From the NCBI GenBank assembly GCA_041664625.1, contig JBAYKK010000003.1:4331-68330 (forward strand): a stretch of 64,000 nucleotides of DNA. The letters are read 5' to 3'. This DNA is from Minisyncoccota bacterium (GTDB taxonomy: Bacteria > Patescibacteriota > Minisyncoccia > Phycocordibacterales > WO2-35-19). The translations under genes were made by a program, and so were the position numbers. Positions 58,426 through 64,000 of the stretch are shown in pieces. The stretch's first letter is position 1. Each line of letters begins with the position of its first letter. Below the pieces are notes generated by a model. That model was given only the letters and a program-made list of their open reading frames with translations, did no database searches and was not told the DNA's origin.

Positions 58426-58495
58426 CGTTTTGCTTGACAAAGTAGGGTGTTTGGGTGTATAATGTACACAGGAAATATACAAAGGAGTTTTTACA

Positions 58496-58630
58496 ATGTG
58501 GCAGAGACTTGGAAACTACGAGTATGAATGCGAAGGACACACCTACACCGGTTGGTGCAGGTGTGTCAATGGCCAGATGGCCAATGGTCACTGGCCCGAA
58601 TTCAACTACCGCACGGGTGAGCAAAGATAA
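58496..58630 (+). CDS. Small Cys/aromatic-rich peptide (44 aa)
   Basis: MWQRLGNYEYECEGHTYTGWCRCVNGQMANGHWPEFNYRTGEQR; TTGACA-N18-TATAAT, SD AAGGAG, terminator 58651-58712. Confidence 0.7.
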   Translation: MWQRLGNYEYECEGHTYTGWCRCVNGQMANGHWPEFNYRTGEQR

Positions 58631-58775
58631 TCACTTTCCGCCACCCGGATAGCCGTCGCTCCTCCAACTACGCCGCAAGGCTTCGCTGGGCGAGCTGGGC
58701 GGCTTTCTTTTTGTAAAAAAATCACAATTACAATGGCCGTCATTGTAATTTTAAGTGTGGTGTAATTTGAAGTAT

Positions 58776-60554
58776 TTATTTCTTCCCTGCTTTGGAGCGT
58801 TCGAGTTCGGTTAGGAGTTTTTTGCGCAAACGAGCAGATTTGGGAGTGATTTCTAGATATTCATCTTCGGCCATTATTTCCAAACCACTTTCAATGCTGA
58901 TAGGAGTAGGTGGTGCCAAATATATTTTGTCATCTGAGCCGGAAGCTCGCATGTTGGTCAATTGTTTGCCTTTGGTTGGGTTCACGGTCATATCATCCCC
59001 TTTTGATGTGTTGCCGATAACCATACCCTCATAAACTTCGATAGCGGGGCCGATATAAAGTGTGCCTCGAGTTTGTAAGTTGTCCAAAGAGAAAGCCAGA
59101 ACTTTGCCAGATGCCATAGCGATCATTGAACCAGTTGGTTTCTTTTGGATTTCACCGGCGTAAGGTTTGAAACCGATCACTCGACTGGCAAAAACTCCTT
59201 CACCTTTGGTGTCAACAACGAATTGATTGCGGTAACCCAAAAGTCCACGAGTTGGTCCTTCAAAAATAAATCGTAAGTGATTGTTGTGAGATTTGGTGCT
59301 AATCATTTGAGCTCCTCTTTTACCCAATTTTTCGATGACTACTCCTTGCATTTCAGATGGCACGTCGATAGTGATTTCTTCAAAAGGTTCACTCTTTTTA
59401 CCGTCTATTTCTTTTATGATGACTTGAGGTTGTGACACCTGCATTTCAAAACCTTCTCTTCTCATATTTTCCAAAAGGATAGCGATATGCAATTCTCCTC
59501 GGCCAAAAACTTTCATGTTGTCGCCGTCAAAATCTACTTTGAGTCCGACGTTCACTTCCAATTCTTTGACCAATCGGTCTCTGATTTGTCGGCCAGTGAC
59601 AAATTTACCTTCACGGCCAGCAAATGGTGAATTGTTAACCAAAAAATCCAAAGCGATAGTCGGTTCATCTACTTCGATGATAGGCAAACTCTCGGTGTCT
59701 TTGTCATCCGTTATGGTGTCTCCAATATAAATATTTGGTAAGCCGGCGATCATCACGATGTCTCCAGCTTGTGCCTCAGCTATTTCTTTGCGAGCGATAC
59801 CTTCGAAGGTGAATATTTTGGTGATCTTGCCTTCTTCGATACCACCTCCGGTTTTTTTGACGTAAACTTTTTGTCCATCTTTGAGACTGCCTTCATAAAC
59901 CCGAGCGATCGCCATACGACCCAGAAAGTTGTCGTAAGCCAAATTGAAAGGCTGAGCTTTTAGAGGTAATTCGATATTTTGTTTGGCTGGCGATACTTTT
60001 TCCAAAATAGTATCAAGTAGTGGAGTGAGATCAGTGCTTTCATCGCCCAAATTTTTCATCGCCACACCATTTTTGGCGATAGCATAAACGGTGGTGAAAT
60101 CGAGCTGTTCTTCGGTGGCGCCAAGATCAAAAAATAATTCAAAAATTTCATCGTGAGCTTTTTTGGGATCAGCCGCTTTTTTGTCTATTTTATTTAAAAC
60201 TACGATTGGTTTGTGGCCGATCTCCAAAGATTTTTTCAAAACGAAACGAGTTTGAGGCATCGGACCTTCTTGAGCGTCAACTACCAAAAGTACCGAATCA
60301 ATAGAACGCAAAATACGTTCTACTTCTGAACCGAAATCGGCGTGCCCTGGGGTGTCTACGATATTGATTTTGGTGTCTTTGTATAAAACACTCGCATTTT
60401 TGGAATAAATAGTAATACCACGCTCTTTTTCGAGCGCGTTAGAATCCATGGAGACTCCTTCTTTTTCAAAACCGGTTTGACGCAAAATAGCGTCTGTCAG
60501 CGCTGTTTTGCCATGGTCCACATGGGCTATGATTGCTATATTGCGTATTTCCAT
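58776..60554 (-). CDS. typA: Translational GTPase TypA/BipA
   Basis: [40 protein letters not shown]. Confidence 0.97.
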   Translation of the reverse strand: MEIRNIAIIAHVDHGKTALTDAILRQTGFEKEGVSMDSNALEKERGITIYSKNASVLYKDTKINIVDTPGHADFGSEVERILRSIDSVLLVVDAQEGPMPQTRFVLKKSLEIGHKPIVVLNKIDKKAADPKKAHDEIFELFFDLGATEEQLDFTTVYAIAKNGVAMKNLGDESTDLTPLLDTILEKVSPAKQNIELPLKAQPFNLAYDNFLGRMAIARVYEGSLKDGQKVYVKKTGGGIEEGKITKIFTFEGIARKEIAEAQAGDIVMIAGLPNIYIGDTITDDKDTESLPIIEVDEPTIALDFLVNNSPFAGREGKFVTGRQIRDRLVKELEVNVGLKVDFDGDNMKVFGRGELHIAILLENMRREGFEMQVSQPQVIIKEIDGKKSEPFEEITIDVPSEMQGVVIEKLGKRGAQMISTKSHNNHLRFIFEGPTRGLLGYRNQFVVDTKGEGVFASRVIGFKPYAGEIQKKPTGSMIAMASGKVLAFSLDNLQTRGTLYIGPAIEVYEGMVIGNTSKGDDMTVNPTKGKQLTNMRASGSDDKIYLAPPTPISIESGLEIMAEDEYLEITPKSARLRKKLLTELERSKAGKK

Positions 60555-60631
60555 CCTCTTAAAATTTTACGAATTAAAAATCCCCTAGGGGAAGTTCCTT
60601 AACTATACACTATTTTTTAAATAAAACAAAT

Positions 60632-61099
60632 TTAATACTCAATCGTAAATGAGAAAGAAATAGAGGCGTCGTTTTCGGGCAGGCCGGAGGGATTGTCTTT
60701 GTGCAAAACTAAAGTGGCGGGGCCGATATAGGTCTGCGGTATCTTGATGAGAGCCTTGAAGGGCACGAAATTTTCGGTCATCCAGTTGATTTCGCCGGTT
60801 TGGGGGTCAGGCTCCGCTTGAGCTATGCCTTTGGCCAAAACTTGGCCTTTTTCATCCAATACCTCTATAGGGAAAGAAGCTTCAAAAAACCAAAATCCAC
60901 GAGCCTGCCCTATTACACTAAATTCTTTGCCAGTGACAGCTCCAGGGAAAGGTAATTCTACTTTTATCAAATCGACAGTCGCATTTTTATAGGTGATGGC
61001 TTGGGCGGGTGCTTTTGGACTGTTTGAAGTAAAACGTATCGCGAATATTATGGCGATGAGAATTAGTAACATTATACTTATTAAATATACTTTTTTCAT
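60632..61099 (-). CDS. Gmad2-like immunoglobulin-domain protein
   Basis: G.ARG.WFFEASFP, WMT..FVPF, KDNPSGLPE. Confidence 0.8.
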   Translation of the reverse strand: MKKVYLISIMLLILIAIIFAIRFTSNSPKAPAQAITYKNATVDLIKVELPFPGAVTGKEFSVIGQARGFWFFEASFPIEVLDEKGQVLAKGIAQAEPDPQTGEINWMTENFVPFKALIKIPQTYIGPATLVLHKDNPSGLPENDASISFSFTIEY

Positions 61100-61170
61100 T
61101 ACTTCATTTTAACACAAAACAAAACCCCACGTCTGAAGTGGAGTCTTGTTTTGAATTTAAAAAATTTAAA

Positions 61171-61425
61171 TTAGGAAAGGTGTTTGGAGAGGTGTCCGGC
61201 CATTTTCATCATGTGGACCACTTTTTCACCGTTGAAAACTTTCAAAAGCTTTTCATCTGAATTGATGAGTCTTTTGTCTTTTGGATCTTGAAGATTGTTA
61301 GCTTTGATATATACCCACATTTTAGAAACTACTTCTGATCTAGGCATTGGGCCTTTACCTACGACTGCTTCTAATTCGGGGCTTACATTCATCGGCTTCA
61401 TAAAAGCGGAATTTGTTTTTGCCAT
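61171..61425 (-). CDS. SWIB/MDM2 domain protein
   Basis: SPEL..VVG..PMPRSEVV..MW.YIK.NNLQDP.DKR.I..D. Confidence 0.92.
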   Translation of the reverse strand: MAKTNSAFMKPMNVSPELEAVVGKGPMPRSEVVSKMWVYIKANNLQDPKDKRLINSDEKLLKVFNGEKVVHMMKMAGHLSKHLS

Positions 61426-61572
61426 GTTTTTTATTTATCTCGAATTTAATTTATCGAGTGGTTATTAATAAATACTTGGTAATTATATCATTAAATTAAA
61501 ATAATAGCTACAACAAAAAACCATCATTTTTGAGGTGATGGCTTTTTGTTGTTTTTTCTAAAATTTTTAGAA

Positions 61573-61779
61573 TTAAGCACGAGCGACGTTTACAGCTGAT
61601 GGGCCTTTGCCACCCTCTTCAGCTTCTTTGGTTTCAAAAGATACAGAGTCTCCTTCTCTCAATTCTTCAAAAGTGACACCTACTAGTGCGCTTTTGTGAA
61701 AAAAGAGATCACCGCTTTGACCTTCTTGACTGATGAAGCCAAAACCTCTCTCGTTCAATTTTTTTATTGTTCCTGTCAT
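61573..61779 (-). CDS. cspA: Cold-shock protein
   Basis: RGFGFI (RNP1), LFFH (RNP2), KGPSAVNV. Confidence 0.93.
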   Translation of the reverse strand: MTGTIKKLNERGFGFISQEGQSGDLFFHKSALVGVTFEELREGDSVSFETKEAEEGGKGPSAVNVARA

Positions 61780-61874
61780 GATATTATTTTTTTGCTTATT
61801 TTATTTAATGTATAGATAGAACCTCGACTTTATTTGTCTTCTTCTAATACCCATCTATTATACCTTATCCAAGC

Positions 61875-63140
61875 TTAGTTTACAAACGTCAAAGCTTTGC
61901 CGAGTTTACCTGCTCTGCCGGTCCGGCCGATACGATGGACGTAATCGTCGTGAGTGGCTGGTATGTCGTAATTTATAACGTGGGAGACATCAGCGATATC
62001 CAGTCCCCTAGCCGCGACGTCGGTGGCTACTAGTATTTTTACGTTGTTTTCTTTGAATAATTTCAAAGCTTGTTGACGTCTGGCGTGATTTTTGTCGCCA
62101 TGGATTGATTCGGCTTTGAATCCTCTTTTGCTCAAAACTTGAGAAAGTTTTTCTACGCCGTGTTTGGTGCGTCCAAAAATCAGAACTTTGGTTAGTTCTT
62201 TTTGGTTCAACAAATCATGCAAGGTGTCTATTTTTTCGCTACCCATTTTGACTCGGACGATATCTTGGTCTACGTTTTTGGAGGTGTCAGAAGTTTTGAC
62301 GGAAATACGAATTGGTGAACGCAAAAATTCACTGATTAGTTTTTCAACTTCAGGCGAAAGTGTAGCTGAGAAAAATAAAGTCTGACGACTTTTGGGCATG
62401 CCGGCCATGACTGCGCGCATGTCATTTACGAAACCCATATCGAGCATACGATCAGCTTCATCCAATACGATTGTGTTAAATTCAGAAAGAATAATGAGTT
62501 TGCGATCAATCAAATCTTTCAATCTCCCAGGTGTACCGATGATGAAGTTGTATTGATATTTCAAATCTTTTATTTGTTTGCCGATCGGTGCACCACCAAC
62601 ACAACAAACCGAGAATATTTTCATACCTTGAGCAAATTCTTTGAGCTCGCTGTCTATTTGGATAGCGAGTTCGCGAGTTGGGACTATCACCATCACTTGT
62701 TCTTTGCGATTTTGCAAGATCTTGTGCAAGAGTGGCAAAAGGAAAGCGGCAGTTTTGCCGGTCCCGGTGTTGGCGATACCCACTAGGTCGTTACCCAAAA
62801 GTACTTGAGGGATAGCTTTGTCTTGTATCGGAGTTGGCAAAACGTAACCCTTGGCGATGATAGAAGTTTTTAATCTTTCGTCTATCAAAAAATCTTCAAA
62901 TTTATTTGTGGGTACGAAATGTGCCACTTCTTCAGTCACTGTAACTTTGTTTATAAAACGTGATATATCTATCCTTTCGCTTTTTCCGCGTCTGCCTGCG
63001 CCGGCAGATCTGCCTCCTCCTCGGCTTCCACCAAAGCTTGGCCTTCGACTATTAAATGAACCACGGCTAAAACTCCCTGTTCGAGGGCTACTGTTTGGTC
63101 GCGCACCAAAGCGCGACGGTGTTCGTGTTTTTGTATACAT
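61875..63140 (-). CDS. DEAD-box RNA helicase
   Basis: GTGKT, PTRELA, TPGR, DEAD, SAT, HRIGRTGRAG; RG-rich N-terminus. Confidence 0.95.
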   Translation of the reverse strand: MYTKTRTPSRFGARPNSSPRTGSFSRGSFNSRRPSFGGSRGGGRSAGAGRRGKSERIDISRFINKVTVTEEVAHFVPTNKFEDFLIDERLKTSIIAKGYVLPTPIQDKAIPQVLLGNDLVGIANTGTGKTAAFLLPLLHKILQNRKEQVMVIVPTRELAIQIDSELKEFAQGMKIFSVCCVGGAPIGKQIKDLKYQYNFIIGTPGRLKDLIDRKLIILSEFNTIVLDEADRMLDMGFVNDMRAVMAGMPKSRQTLFFSATLSPEVEKLISEFLRSPIRISVKTSDTSKNVDQDIVRVKMGSEKIDTLHDLLNQKELTKVLIFGRTKHGVEKLSQVLSKRGFKAESIHGDKNHARRQQALKLFKENNVKILVATDVAARGLDIADVSHVINYDIPATHDDYVHRIGRTGRAGKLGKALTFVN

Positions 63141-63351
63141 ACTATAAAAGGCCAAAAGCCTATAACTTTTGGTCTTTATATCCCGATTATATTAAGGGAG
63201 GGGCGACCAATGCGTCCCAAGTAGTGAATGTAAAACAAAAACTAGTGAGATCAGAGTTATAATATAAGTATATACCAAAACCAATATCTTGTCAAGAAAA
63301 AATATATAAAGAAAAAGCGGCCCCAATTGCATGGGGCCGCCCGGAATCGGA

Positions 63352-64000
63352 TTACACAAAGATCTGCTTGCGGGTCAGGCGCTGATAGATCTCGCAACTT
63401 GTCGCGAGTTCTTCGTGGGTGCCTTGACCCACGATCTTGCCCTTGTCGAAAACGATCACTTTGTCCACGTTTCGGATCGTGCTGAAACGATGGGCAATGA
63501 TGATGGTCGTCCGACCACGAGAGGCTCTCTCGATGGACTCTTGGATGAGACTCTCGTTCTCGGAGTCGAGGCTACTGGTCGCCTCGTCAAAGATCAGGAT
63601 GTCTGGTTCTTTGATAAGCGCTCGAGCGATACCGACTCGTTGCCGTTCGCCACCACTGAGCTTCACTCCCCGCTCGCCGATATGGGTGTCAAACCCCTTT
63701 TCCAGCCGACCAAAAAATCGGTCGATGCAGGACATCTCAGCGATTCTGTGAAGTTCCCTGTCGCTGATTTCGGTCGCTCGGCCATTGAGACCGTAAGTCA
63801 TGTTGTAGCGCAATGACTGATCAAAAAGCGCTACGTCTTGATCCACGATCCCGATCGATGATCGGAAATGCTTGAGATCAAGCAACCGCAGGTCATTGCC
63901 GTCTACGATGATTTGGCCAATCTCCGGATCTTGCGCCCGGATGATAGCTTTGACCAAAGTAGACTTACCGGCACCGGACTCGCCCACGAAGGCGACGGTC
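63352..64000 (-). CDS. ABC exporter ATP-binding domain (5' end outside window)
   Basis: GESGAGKS, LSGGERQR, DEATSSLD, AHR; terminator 63312-63340. Confidence 0.92.
   Translation of the reverse strand, partial: TVAFVGESGAGKSTLVKAIIRAQDPEIGQIIVDGNDLRLLDLKHFRSSIGIVDQDVALFDQSLRYNMTYGLNGRATEISDRELHRIAEMSCIDRFFGRLEKGFDTHIGERGVKLSGGERQRVGIARALIKEPDILIFDEATSSLDSENESLIQESIERASRGRTTIIIAHRFSTIRNVDKVIVFDKGKIVGQGTHEELATSCEIYQRLTRKQIFV

Noticed and set aside
58455-58652. 65-aa track ORF
   Set aside because: Starts inside the promoter; the SD-led frame at 58496 is better supported.
61171-61425. SWIB domain as a eukaryote-like novelty
   Set aside because: Stand-alone bacterial SWIB proteins are already known.
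63141-63290. Hairpins in the DEAD-box helicase leader as a riboswitch or thermometer
   Set aside because: Hairpins are present but I recognise no motif and there is no second copy to show covariation.
1-64000. CRISPR array, tRNA or rRNA genes
   Set aside because: No regularly spaced repeat-spacer series and no tRNA or rRNA signatures noticed by eye; the repeats found are dispersed or paired only.
1-64000. TGA-to-Gly recoding (code 25)
   Set aside because: Conserved genes are intact under code 11 and some (ychF, PAS gene) end at TGA.

Overview
This 64-kb window looks like the chromosome of a Patescibacteria/CPR (Parcubacteria-like) bacterium. It is AT-rich, gene-dense, mostly minus-strand, and uses TGA as stop (code 11). 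Housekeeping content: gltX-murG-ftsW-mraY-dacA, scpAB, aspS, trpS, grpE-dnaK-dnaJ, infA-rpmJ-rpsM-rpsK-rpsD-rpoA-rplQ-rplM-rpsI, alaS, mnmA, mltG, leuS, ychF, glk/pgi, pyrD, typA, cspA and a DEAD-box helicase. I saw no rRNA, tRNA, CRISPR array or transposase. The best candidate for a new system is 15413-20250. Two unannotated paralogous ~40-aa acidic peptides (shared core PDxRCI[IV][YF]RxGxDD) each have a duplicated promoter, structured leader and terminator. They bracket an M16 metallopeptidase and lie between a SET-domain methyltransferase plus membrane protein and a multi-TM sensor kinase, suggesting a peptide modification/processing/sensing module. Other signals: a DUF559+ParB-like cassette bounded by 46-nt direct repeats whose relatives flank scpA as inverted repeats; many small palindromes and heptamer runs inserted in frame in enzymes; a covarying two-hairpin element ahead of two unrelated genes; an internally deleted PemK/MazF-like gene with an antisense tetraloop RNA; and a CYTH gene split at an A_AAA_AAC site. 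All family calls come from motif recognition by eye, not database searches.
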